Numbered from the stretch's first letter, positions 9,751 to 18,669 are shown. The stretch is 64,000 bases of DNA from Alphaproteobacteria bacterium (GCA_965178085.1 CBCXTS010000026.1:18109-82108), one strand, 5' to 3'. Notes: generated by a model not told the origin, from the sequence alone. Numbers and translations are program-made.

Positions 9751-9846
9751 TGTTGGTGCAAATGTTGGTATATTTGTTTTTTTACATCGGTTTAATATTA
9801 TAAATATCAAATACTTAAAGCCTATTTATGAATGATGCCACCGCCA
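9751..9846 (+). mobile_element. Putative att-site scar (right end) of an integrative element
   Basis: Direct repeats TGTTGGTGCAAA/TGTTGGTATA (9751-9772), exact IHF consensus WATCAANNNNTTR (TATCAAATACTTA, 9805-9817), and tRNA-3'-end-like GCCACCGCCA (9837-9846) followed by TTTT. Confidence 0.5.
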
Positions 9847-10035
9847 TTTTATGATATGGGCATCCATATCCATTTAGTTACATTTTGATCAATATTGAAG
9901 ATATCAAAGTTGCAATTGTATCTTTGTTCATGATTGGCTGATGGGTATCTATTTGCAATCATCGATCAATAGGTTTAGTTTGGGATCTTGTGATGTATGC
10001 ACAAAATCCTATCAATTGAATAAAAGAGCCAATAC

Positions 10036-10251
10036 ATGAAAACAGTTGATATAGTAAAATGGATTGCCACTATCATACAATTAATGGGGTATGGATTAAC
10101 TGGGCTTAACTATACCCCATGGAATATTTATATGTTTATCATTGGTATTATATTGTGGTTTTTGGTTGGCTTTATGTGGAAAGATAAAGCCATTATGATT
10201 GTACATATCGGGGCTTTCTTGTCATTATCAATAGGGTATTTGAATGCATGA
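10036..10251 (+). CDS. Small three-TM membrane protein (half-PnuC-like; possibly DUF6552)
   Basis: 71 aa, three hydrophobic helices, KWIAT..LN..PWN..W..G..WKDKA pattern; AAGAG SD; overlaps the next gene by 8 nt. Confidence 0.8.
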   Translation: MKTVDIVKWIATIIQLMGYGLTGLNYTPWNIYMFIIGIILWFLVGFMWKDKAIMIVHIGAFLSLSIGYLNA

Positions 10252-10753
10252 AATTGGCCAATGGGTGCAAGTTAATGATTCAATGCAAAAAAATTACGCA
10301 TACCAGATTGTAGCGCCATTAGGAGAGGATTTTGATGAGGGTTTTTATCCTGATTTAAGTCCAAAGGATATGCTAGAAATGGGCGTGTTTGAAGGAAAAT
10401 ATTTAAATGATTGTCAAAATGAATTTCCTAGTGATTGGTTTATAAAGATCAAATCAAGCCATAGACCTAATCCATCATTAAACTATTTTAAAATAAAAAG
10501 CAGACAATCTTTAAAAATATGGCAAATGAAGGGATGGATTATAGGTGACGACCCTAGGGGGTGGTTTCAATGGTATTGCAGATATTATCAAGGTAGGAGG
10601 ATGGAAAGCATTGATATGATCCAAATCAAGAGATGGAAAGCATTTTCTAGACATGCAGGACAAATAAGAAAAAACTGCAATCCAAATGATGTTTTATGTA
10701 GACCAAAACAAAGGCAAGCATTATTGCAATGGGCTTATGACCCTTTCATTTAA
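10244..10753 (+). CDS. Conserved hypothetical protein (DPRGWFQWYCRY motif)
   Basis: 169 aa with dense conserved-looking blocks: PDLSP.DML..GVFEGKY, EFP..WF, GWI...DPRGWFQWYCRYY.GRR, QI.RW, RQALLQWAYD. Confidence 0.85.
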   Translation: MHEIGQWVQVNDSMQKNYAYQIVAPLGEDFDEGFYPDLSPKDMLEMGVFEGKYLNDCQNEFPSDWFIKIKSSHRPNPSLNYFKIKSRQSLKIWQMKGWIIGDDPRGWFQWYCRYYQGRRMESIDMIQIKRWKAFSRHAGQIRKNCNPNDVLCRPKQRQALLQWAYDPFI

Positions 10754-11152
10754 ACACAGTATGATATGATCATATAAAGTGACACCGAGATAGAGCATCA
10801 AAGCCATTAATCTTTGGTCAAATTTTGCAATGAATGGTTATGTCTTTAGGTCGTTTGAAAGCTGATCTGATAAGGCTTGAACTATGACAACGCCTATATA
10901 TCACATAAGATTTTGAGAGTTTTTTTATTTTTTAACGGTTGATAAAGTCACCAGGTCATCAAACTCAAATCTTGCGTTTTTTGGTGTGTTTTTGCCGTCT
11001 TTTGTTCAAGACTAAACCAAAATATATTTTTGACGCTCTTAAGGTTTTAATGTTTTGCTTAGCTATCCATTTGCAATCATCGATGAATGGGTTTAATTTG
11101 ATGGATTGGATAAAACAAACCCGATAATTGATCTAATAAAAAGGAATGATGA

Positions 11153-11386
11153 ATGCTCAATCCAAGCAATTTAAAATATTTGGAATGGTTTGCAGTGATC
11201 ACTGCGATAGCGTATTCTTTGCTTGTTGCATCCAATATTGATTTAGAATTTGCTGGTTTTACATTGCTGCTTATTTCTGCAATTGCTTTGGGAGTATGGG
11301 CATATATTGGCAAGCATAAGGGTATATTTTTTTTACAATTTTTTTATGCAACAGCAGCTATCATTGGCATGATCAGGTGGTTTTAG
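11153..11386 (+). CDS. Small three-TM membrane protein (half-PnuC-like)
   Basis: 77 aa, LEWFAV at the N-terminus and LQFFY....IIGMIRW at the C-terminus; AAGGA upstream. Confidence 0.75.
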   Translation: MLNPSNLKYLEWFAVITAIAYSLLVASNIDLEFAGFTLLLISAIALGVWAYIGKHKGIFFLQFFYATAAIIGMIRWF

Positions 11387-11440
11387 AGGGGTTTTCTCTC
11401 ATAGGGCTAACAACGAGCTTAAAATAAAACAGGGTATGGA

Positions 11441-11806
11441 ATGAAAAATAAAGTCATTAATATAAGAGATCAGTTTGATAAAATTGATTCGTTGTGGGCG
11501 CCTAAAATCATGTGCCAATTTAATCAATGTGATTTTAAAATTGTCAAAATTGATGGCGAGTTTATATGGCACTTGCATGAGGATACTGATGAGGTATTTA
11601 TCGTGGTTGAGGGTGAGTTTAATATGGAATTTAGAACCCATATTGAAAAGGTACAACAAGGGGAGATGATTGTTGTTGAAAGAGGGGTTGAACATAGGCC
11701 AGTATCAGCCCAGGAATGTAAAATCATGCTCATAGAGCTTTCAGGCACTTATAATACAGGTAATGTTGAAAGCAACAGAACCAAGCCTATGGATGAATGG
11801 ATTTAA
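11441..11806 (+). CDS. Cupin-domain protein
   Basis: GEFIWHLHEDTDEVF and GEMIVVERGVEHRP cupin metal motifs. Confidence 0.92.
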   Translation: MKNKVINIRDQFDKIDSLWAPKIMCQFNQCDFKIVKIDGEFIWHLHEDTDEVFIVVEGEFNMEFRTHIEKVQQGEMIVVERGVEHRPVSAQECKIMLIELSGTYNTGNVESNRTKPMDEWI

Positions 11807-11930
11807 TTTGATATCAATAAAAACCCAAGAGATAAGGCAGTAAATAGAACATAGTCATGCAATGGAGAATGTGGTATAAGTTAATGAAAAGCAATATCAC
11901 TCAATCATCATTAATAGGGCATATTTATTT

Positions 11931-12806
11931 GTGGATATGACGGATAAATTAGATAGCCGAGATAGCATTGTATTTGAGTTGGTTGATCTTGAGCAATATC
12001 CTATACATAGGATCAACGAACCAGCAGGCAAAGGGCATAATTTTTTAAAGCGTTGCCAACAGCATATGGAGGAATATGGCTGGTGCAATTTTGTCGAATT
12101 TATCAAACCTGAGGCACTCAATATTTTGCGTAATGAGGCTCTTGATTTATTGCCATCTGCTCAAATTTTAACCATTAGAAGAAATATTTATCAAGGTGCG
12201 GTTGAAAATAGTATGGACCCTGATGATTTAAAATCGCGTGAATATGTGCATACTGCACATCAATTGGCTGATGATCAAATCCCTAATCATAGTGCTATAC
12301 AAAAACTATATCAATCAACATTGGTGACAGATTTTATTAGACAAGTGCAAAAAAAGGACACCCTCTATCGTTGTAGCGATGAGTTTCAAGCGCTTAATAT
12401 TGTTGCTCTCAATCCTGAAAGTTGGCATGCTTGGCATTATGATACAATAGAATGCACCGTAACATTATTGTTGCAAGCATCAGAGCAGGGAGGTGAGTTT
12501 ACGTTTATCCCCAACTCTCGTGATGATGAAATGGAAGATACACAAAGAGTTAATCAAGTGCTTGGAGGTGATCTGTCAAAAGCAGAAACTTTTAAAAGAG
12601 ATGCAGGCGCATTAACGTTATTTCGTGGTGGATATTCATTGCACTCAGTTACAAAAGTAAAAGGCACAAAACCACGAGTTACTGCAATTTTTACCTATAG
12701 TGAAGAACCTCATGGTGCAATCAGCGATGATCTTAATATTAGAATTTATGGTAAAAGGGCTGAAAATATAATCAACCAAAGAAAGTTAAAAAAGGAAATC
12801 CAATGA
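11931..12806 (+). CDS. Fe(II)/2-oxoglutarate-dependent oxygenase (BesD/ArpA-like fold, HxD type)
   Basis: WHYD..TVTLLLQ..GGEF, LFRG..SLH.VT and distal R (KPRVT). Start is GTG 11931 or ATG 11937. Confidence 0.85.
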   Translation: MDMTDKLDSRDSIVFELVDLEQYPIHRINEPAGKGHNFLKRCQQHMEEYGWCNFVEFIKPEALNILRNEALDLLPSAQILTIRRNIYQGAVENSMDPDDLKSREYVHTAHQLADDQIPNHSAIQKLYQSTLVTDFIRQVQKKDTLYRCSDEFQALNIVALNPESWHAWHYDTIECTVTLLLQASEQGGEFTFIPNSRDDEMEDTQRVNQVLGGDLSKAETFKRDAGALTLFRGGYSLHSVTKVKGTKPRVTAIFTYSEEPHGAISDDLNIRIYGKRAENIINQRKLKKEIQ

Positions 12807-13363
12807 CAATAGCCCTTTTAGTAATTGATGTACAAATGGCTTTAGCAATTGATGATGCCAATGGTGGAGAACGCTCATGCCGAGAGGCTGAGGGGAATAT
12901 TGGTCAATTATTGTCAGCATTTAGACAAACAGATCATCGTGTCATCCATATCCATCATTATGGACTTGATGATGATGATCCGTTTAATGAAAAGGCTGTT
13001 GGCTCAAAAGTGCAACCATTTGCTAAGCCCAATAATGGAGAAAAAACATATGTCAAAAATGGCAGCAGTGCATTTATAGGCACAACGTTAGAAAAAGATT
13101 TACGTAAAGATAATATCAAAACATTAATCCTTTGTGGTGCAACAGCAAATCATTGTGTTGAAACAGCAACACGCATGGGAAGTAACCTTGGATTTGATTG
13201 TTATTATGTTGGTGATGCTGTTTGGGCCTATGGTGTAAAAGGGCCAGATGGTACCCACCATAGTGGTGAGCAAATACATTCTGTATCGATGGCTAATATA
13301 GAAGGTGAGTTTGCTAGAGTTGTAACAACCAAAAAAATACTAGCTGATTTGGCTAGTTTTTAA
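12803..13363 (+). CDS. Isochorismatase-family cysteine hydrolase
   Basis: LLVIDVQ, K..SSAF.GT.L, G..ANHCVETATR give the D-K-C triad; ATGA overlap with the oxygenase. Confidence 0.92.
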   Translation: MTIALLVIDVQMALAIDDANGGERSCREAEGNIGQLLSAFRQTDHRVIHIHHYGLDDDDPFNEKAVGSKVQPFAKPNNGEKTYVKNGSSAFIGTTLEKDLRKDNIKTLILCGATANHCVETATRMGSNLGFDCYYVGDAVWAYGVKGPDGTHHSGEQIHSVSMANIEGEFARVVTTKKILADLASF

Positions 13364-13412
13364 ATGAAGGTTTGGTATTGGTCTTTGCAAATATCATGAA
13401 TAAAATATTAGC

Positions 13413-13484
13413 TTAAACTGATTGTGTGGGATTAAACTGATTGTGTGGGATTAAACTGATTGTGTGGGATTAAACTGATTGTGT
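13413..13484. repeat. 19-bp tandem repeat x3.8
   Basis: TTAAACTGATTGTGTGGGA at 13413, 13432 and 13451, partial at 13470. Confidence 0.97.
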
Positions 13485-13660
13485 TCCATTGTAGCAATCA
13501 CGAGGCAATAGATTGACAATTGATTGATCAGGAAGCCTTGATTTGAGGCAATATCCCCCCATCAGCGCTTTAAGTGATAATCTCCAGTGTTTTAAGTTGC
13601 TCCAGCTGCTTTAGGTACCTCAGTGCTTTAGATGATCAAGATTGATACCCAATAGCAATG

Positions 13661-15301
13661 TTAGGTTTCTTGTAAGATGAGATCGGATACTTTTTCTGCA
13701 ACCATGATAGTGGGTGCGTTTGTGTTGCCTGAGGTGAGAGTTGGGAAAATGGAGGCATCTACAACGCGCAAGCCTTTAACGCCATATAGTTTTAAATGCT
13801 GATCGACAACATCCTCTTGTGCATTTGGGCCCATTTTGCAAGTACCTACCGGGTGAAAAACCGTGCTACAGCGTTTCTTGAAATCGTCAATAATTTGCTG
13901 GTCTGTCGGGATTGGTTGGTCGCTAGGGGCTTGCTGACTGCTGGGGTTGGCAATAGGCGGAGCAATTCTGTGTTCAGTAATGGCTGCTAAGGCTGGCATT
14001 TTTGCAAGTTGATATAGCAATTGAACACCTTCAAGCATCTCGTCAATATCGCGTTGGTCATCGAGATATTTGGGTTGGATATGAGGGGCAATTGTGGGAT
14101 CGCTGGATGCGATATTGATAAAGCCTTTGCTATAAGGTCGCAAAGGTTGGATAGATAATTGAAAGCCCGGGAAGGGATCAGGTTTGAGCAAGGGTCGTTG
14201 ATTTTGGGGTGCTTTGGTGTAGCTCACAGGTGAGAAAAAAAGCTGCATGTTGGGGCGGGTCAAGCCAGTGTTGGTGCGGATAAAACCCCCTGCTTGATTA
14301 ACCCCAAGAGAAAGCGGGCCTTTTAAAGTAAATAGATAGCGTAATGCGTGCTTAACTTTACCCCAAAGCGGGCCTAATTCTTGGTTAAGGGTAGGCGTGT
14401 TAGCACGATAAAGCAAATCAATGCCTAGATGATCTTGCAAATTTTGTCCAACAGCAGGTGCATGATGGATCACTTTGATGCCAAATTGCTTGATGAGATT
14501 GGCATCACCAATGCCGGATAATTGTAAAATTTGGGGTGAGTTAATTGCCCCAGCAGCAAGAATAACCTCTTTTGCAGCAGAAATTTGCTTGATTTGGTTG
14601 TTGTGCTTATACTCAACACCTATTGCTTGTTTGTTGTGAAACAAAACACGTTGCACTAATGCCTTTTTGATTAGTTTAACATTGTTGCGTTTTCGAGCAT
14701 CCCACAAATAAGCGCGCGCGCTTGACATACGAAAACCACCCTTCATGGTGTTTTGGTAGTAACCTACGCCTTCTTGGGTTTTGTTGTTGAAATCTGGATT
14801 ATAGGAAAAGCCATACTGGGTGCATGCCTTGATAAAATTGTGGCAAATTGGATGTAAATCTTGACTGACATCGGTAATATGCAAAGGCCCTTGATGATCG
14901 GGGCTTGAGGTAGAGCTTGTCTCAGCTTTTTTGAAATAGGGTAAAACATCATCCCAACCCCATATTGTGTTACCAAGTGCTTTCCAATGGTTAAAATCTT
15001 CTGCCTGTCCGCGGATGTAGACCATTGCATTGATAGAACTTGAGCCACCTAAAACTTTACCGCGTGGGCAATAAATGCGCCTATCATCGAGGTTTTTTTG
15101 CTCTTGGGTTTGATACATCCAATTGATATTGCTATCATAAAAAGCCTTGCCGTACCCGATAGGCATTTGTACCCATAGATTGAGATCAGAGCCGCCAGCT
15201 TCAAGAATAGCAACGGTGTATTTTCCATTTTGTGACAATCGATTAGCAAGCACGCATCCAGCAGAGCCAGCTCCGACAATAATGAAGTCATATTGATCCA
15301 T
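13661..15301 (-). CDS. GMC-family oxidoreductase (choline dehydrogenase-like)
   Basis: GAGSAG, RGKVLGGSSSINAM, GAINSPQILQLSGIG, FHPVGTCKMG, SGNTNAP. Confidence 0.95.
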   Translation of the reverse strand: MDQYDFIIVGAGSAGCVLANRLSQNGKYTVAILEAGGSDLNLWVQMPIGYGKAFYDSNINWMYQTQEQKNLDDRRIYCPRGKVLGGSSSINAMVYIRGQAEDFNHWKALGNTIWGWDDVLPYFKKAETSSTSSPDHQGPLHITDVSQDLHPICHNFIKACTQYGFSYNPDFNNKTQEGVGYYQNTMKGGFRMSSARAYLWDARKRNNVKLIKKALVQRVLFHNKQAIGVEYKHNNQIKQISAAKEVILAAGAINSPQILQLSGIGDANLIKQFGIKVIHHAPAVGQNLQDHLGIDLLYRANTPTLNQELGPLWGKVKHALRYLFTLKGPLSLGVNQAGGFIRTNTGLTRPNMQLFFSPVSYTKAPQNQRPLLKPDPFPGFQLSIQPLRPYSKGFINIASSDPTIAPHIQPKYLDDQRDIDEMLEGVQLLYQLAKMPALAAITEHRIAPPIANPSSQQAPSDQPIPTDQQIIDDFKKRCSTVFHPVGTCKMGPNAQEDVVDQHLKLYGVKGLRVVDASIFPTLTSGNTNAPTIMVAEKVSDLILQET

Positions 15302-15383
15302 GAAAATACGCCAAAGTTATAAAATAGTTGGTTTAGGTCCATTTTTATAAATGAACATTGTATCATCTGTCTATATAAAGTTT

Positions 15384-15415
15384 AATGATCCTTTGTTGGC
15401 AAATTTAGGATCATT
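15384..15415. promoter_or_regulatory. Inverted repeat in the divergent promoter region (candidate operator)
   Basis: AATGATCCT-N14-AGGATCATT with perfect 9-bp arms. Confidence 0.45.
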
Positions 15416-15495
15416 TTATTTGATTGATAGTTGTAATGGTTATTTTTTATTTTATCATGTTATGGTATAAAATTAAAACTTAATTGGAGAGCATG

Positions 15496-16599
15496 ATGAA
15501 AATTATAGCAATTGAAACATTTTCAACGGTTGATGTTTGTTTTGTCAAGGTAACAACCGATACAAACGCGTATGGATGGGGCCAAGCAGCGCCTTATTAT
15601 AGCGATATTACAGCAACCATTATCCATCGCCAAATAGCACCACATGCACTCAACCAAGATGCCAACGATATTGCCTATTTGGTGGATGTGATCCCTGAAA
15701 AAGAGCATAAATTTCCTGGATCTTATATCCAACGTGCTATTGGAGGATTAGAAACAGCCCTATGGGATATTAAAGGTAAATGTGAAGACAAAAGTGTTTG
15801 TGAGTTGCTTGGTGGAAAGCCAGGTAGCGTGCGCGCATATGCATCATCGATGAAACGTGATATTAGCCCGCGCGAAGAAGCAGAGAGATTTCTACGCTTG
15901 CGTGATCTTTATGGTTTTGATGCTTTTAAATTTAGAATTGGATCAGAATGCGGGCGTAATCAAGATGAATGGGTTGGGCGCACACAAGAAATTGTGCCAA
16001 CCATTGCTAAGGCGTTTAATGGAGAGGTTGATCTGCTTGTTGATGCCAATTCATGCTATAGTCCTCATAAGGCTATTGAAATTGGCAAGATGCTAGAAGA
16101 TCATGGTATTTGCCATTATGAAGAGCCATGCCCATATTGGGAGTATGAGCAGACAAAGCAGGTAACAGAAGCCTTATCGATTGATGTAACAGGTGGTGAG
16201 CAAGATTGTCATTTGCCAAATTGGAAACGCATGATTGATGGGTGTGTTGTTAATATTGTACAGCCTGATATATGCTATATTGGAGGCATTACAAACACCA
16301 TGCGAGTTGGTGAAATGGCACGCAAAGCAGGACTACCAGTGACACCCCATTGTGCAAACTTAACATTGGTAACATTATTTACGATGCATGTATTGCAAGC
16401 AATGCCAAATGCAGGGAAATATCTAGAGTTTTCAATTGAAGAGGAAGATTATTATCCTTGGCAATATGGGTTGTTTGCCAATCATTTGTTTGAGATTAAA
16501 AATGGCAAAGCCAATATAAGCGATGCGCCTGGTTGGGGGGTAGAATTGAATGCTGATTGGCTAGCAAAATCAAACTATCAAATCAGCCAATTGGATTAA
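15496..16599 (+). CDS. Mandelate racemase/muconate lactonizing enzyme family protein
   Basis: [30 protein letters not shown]; GGAG SD favours ATG 15496. Confidence 0.93.
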   Translation: MKIIAIETFSTVDVCFVKVTTDTNAYGWGQAAPYYSDITATIIHRQIAPHALNQDANDIAYLVDVIPEKEHKFPGSYIQRAIGGLETALWDIKGKCEDKSVCELLGGKPGSVRAYASSMKRDISPREEAERFLRLRDLYGFDAFKFRIGSECGRNQDEWVGRTQEIVPTIAKAFNGEVDLLVDANSCYSPHKAIEIGKMLEDHGICHYEEPCPYWEYEQTKQVTEALSIDVTGGEQDCHLPNWKRMIDGCVVNIVQPDICYIGGITNTMRVGEMARKAGLPVTPHCANLTLVTLFTMHVLQAMPNAGKYLEFSIEEEDYYPWQYGLFANHLFEIKNGKANISDAPGWGVELNADWLAKSNYQISQLD

Positions 16600-16695
16600 T
16601 GCTGGGCGATGATGAAAAGCAATCAAGCATGTGCAAAGCTCGTAAAGCCTTAATTGAAGCTCTTTGCTTTTAAAGATGTGTATTTGAAACGCTTG

Positions 16696-17994
16696 TTATA
16701 TACGCTGGGTTGCAAATTGCGCAATGATGGATTGTCGTTGCTGATCTGCTTTGTTGTATAAGCTTGTAAGATCTGCCTCAATGGCAGATATATTGTTGAG
16801 AGCTTGTCCAGAGGGCTGAGCAAATGATTGATCGTATAATGTTGTTAAAACGTCTTCAAGATTTTGTTGCTGTTTAACTTCACTCTCACTTAGCGCGCGC
16901 GATTGCGCGGTTGGGATATCTTGCAATTGATTAAGCTGGTTGATTAAAGAATATTCTTGCTGCTTTGCGTTTGAATCTAGATGCTGTTCTAACAAACTAT
17001 CGAGTTTTGCCTCAAGCGTTTGAAGGAGTTGTTGATCTTGTTTGGTGAGTAAATTTTGACCTAAAAACTGGTTGTCATGATCGTTTGATAAATGATTGCG
17101 GCGTTGCTCAAGCTGATGTAGTTGATTTTGCTCATCGAGGCTAAGATAGCGCGGTGTAGGAGCACTATCATAAAGAGATTCAAGCTCTTGAAAAAGTTTT
17201 TGAAGCTCCTCATCATTGGTAGATGAGATGCCTTGATCGCTTCGAGGTATAACGGTTTCAAGCTTTTGTTCTAAAACCAAAGCTATTTGATGGTTATTGC
17301 CTTGGGTTGACAGGTTGTTTAATGTATCGGCTATATGCTTAAGCAAGTTACGATTTTCTGGATTTAAAGCATCTAGCAAATTGTCGGCTTGTAAGCCTTT
17401 CTTTGCAAGCAGGTTATGAATTTGTTCTAAAAGAGAGCTTTCTTTTTTGTCGAATGCTTCTAGTTCTTTTAAACCTTGAGCGCCAAAAATGATTTGGTCA
17501 ATCTGCTTATCAAGATGTTCAAGTGCTTTGTCTTCCTCATGGCAGTTGCAATAGCCTTGGAGGAGCTCAAAAAATTCGTTAAAGCGAGTTTCTAGCTGAT
17601 CATTTGTGACATTATGGACAAAATCTCTAGTGCCGGCATTGCCTGTTTGATATGAAAGAATAGAGGTTGTAAGAGTAGTGGAGGTAAAACTTGGCGTATT
17701 GGCTTGTTGTGATACTGGTGGCGTAGGCTGAATAGCTTGAATAGCTTGAGTAGATTGGCCCAAAAGGCTCTGTAGCGTAGATGCAATAGTTTTAGATTGG
17801 CCACTTGTAGACTGGGTACTGGCAGATTGGGTACTGGCAGATTGGGTACTGGCAGATTGGGTGCTGGCAAATTGGGCTGTAAATTGGCGCGCAGCTTCTA
17901 TCTGTTTGTTTGAAACATCGTTTGCTAACAAGTTTTTATAAACTGGAAATTGATAGACAGCAACGTTATTAGAATGATTGATAGGCGATGTCAT
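16696..17994 (-). CDS. Hypothetical Gln/Ser/Thr-rich protein with C-terminal helical repeats
   Basis: 432-aa uninterrupted ORF filling the gap between convergent neighbours; no family recognised. Confidence 0.8.
   Translation of the reverse strand: MTSPINHSNNVAVYQFPVYKNLLANDVSNKQIEAARQFTAQFASTQSASTQSASTQSASTQSTSGQSKTIASTLQSLLGQSTQAIQAIQPTPPVSQQANTPSFTSTTLTTSILSYQTGNAGTRDFVHNVTNDQLETRFNEFFELLQGYCNCHEEDKALEHLDKQIDQIIFGAQGLKELEAFDKKESSLLEQIHNLLAKKGLQADNLLDALNPENRNLLKHIADTLNNLSTQGNNHQIALVLEQKLETVIPRSDQGISSTNDEELQKLFQELESLYDSAPTPRYLSLDEQNQLHQLEQRRNHLSNDHDNQFLGQNLLTKQDQQLLQTLEAKLDSLLEQHLDSNAKQQEYSLINQLNQLQDIPTAQSRALSESEVKQQQNLEDVLTTLYDQSFAQPSGQALNNISAIEADLTSLYNKADQQRQSIIAQFATQRI
17809..17876. repeat. 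15-bp coding tandem repeat encoding (ASTQS)n
   Basis: AGA(T/C)TGGGT(A/G)CTGGC at 17809, 17824, 17839 and 17854, plus a partial copy. Confidence 0.95.
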
Positions 17995-18027
17995 GACGCT
18001 TTGCTTTCATATTTGTTGATAAAATAG

Positions 18028-18045
18028 AAGCAAAAAATATGCCTA
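18028..18045 (-). promoter_or_regulatory. Putative sigma54 (-24/-12) promoter for the Gln-rich orphan
   Basis: Minus strand TAGGCATATTTTTTGCTT is GG-N10-GC with GGCAY and TTGCW flanks, about 35 nt upstream of ATG 17994. Confidence 0.6.
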
Positions 18046-18072
18046 TCAAAGGCTTATTGTAAAATTGTGTGG

Positions 18073-18669
18073 TTATAGTAAGTTATTTTGTCCAAAGCGA
18101 ATTTTTTGCCAATCATCGTCAAGAACACTATAGCTTGAATGGTCTTGCCATTTTCCGCATATGCGTAATGCTTTGCGCGCTGTGCCTTCAAAAATAAAGC
18201 CATTCTTTTCTAGTACCTTGATGCTTGCTAAATTGTCTCTCATGCATAAGGCTTGTATGCGCTTAAGTTGCAATTGATGGAATGCATAATCCAATACAAG
18301 CCCAACAGCCTTAGTCATATAGCCTTTTTTAGTGTGTGTAGTACCAGTCCAATAACCGATCTGGGCGTTTTCACAAATGCCGTAACGAATGTTAGAAAGG
18401 CCAATTCCGCCTATCAATTTAGGATTGCGAATATCAAAAATCAGAAAATATTCTCCACGATTGGACTGTTTTAACATGCGGTTTCTTTTTAAAAAAGCAT
18501 AATACCAGCTACGCGTTAAATGGTCATCGCTCCATTGGGCCTCATAAGGCTTAATCTCATTTTGAGATTGCTCACGTAGTGCTTGCCATTTGTTAAAATC
18601 ACGCCGCTCTGGAGGGCGTAGCATGACGACATGATCATATAAAGTATGGTTTTTTTGTTGCCAAAACAT
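18073..18669 (-). CDS. rimJ: RimJ-like GNAT N-acetyltransferase
   Basis: LIGGI.LSNIRYG, IGYW.G....KGYMT, N.ASIKVLEKNGF.FEG, ICGKWQDH; conserved thrC-M16-rimJ order. Confidence 0.85.
   Translation of the reverse strand: MFWQQKNHTLYDHVVMLRPPERRDFNKWQALREQSQNEIKPYEAQWSDDHLTRSWYYAFLKRNRMLKQSNRGEYFLIFDIRNPKLIGGIGLSNIRYGICENAQIGYWTGTTHTKKGYMTKAVGLVLDYAFHQLQLKRIQALCMRDNLASIKVLEKNGFIFEGTARKALRICGKWQDHSSYSVLDDDWQKIRFGQNNLL

Noticed and set aside
9541-9850. Intact, active mobile element or defence system
   Set aside because: Only fragments are present; no integrase, transposase or complete defence gene lies in the window.
10754-11150. 62-aa ORF at 10939-11127 or a pseudogene in the 400-bp gap
   Set aside because: TTG start after a T-rich tract, no SD, and no recognisable motif in the frames I read.
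11931-12806. BesD-type radical halogenase
   Set aside because: The motif is HYD; the Asp fills the halide site, so a hydroxylase is expected.
12803-13363. Nicotinamidase PncA linked to the PnuC-like genes
   Set aside because: The DxH...H metal-binding motif of PncA is not evident (HIHHYG here), so it is left as a generic cysteine hydrolase.
13661-15301. Gene symbol betA
   Set aside because: No betB/betI context, and GMC paralogues cannot be separated by eye.
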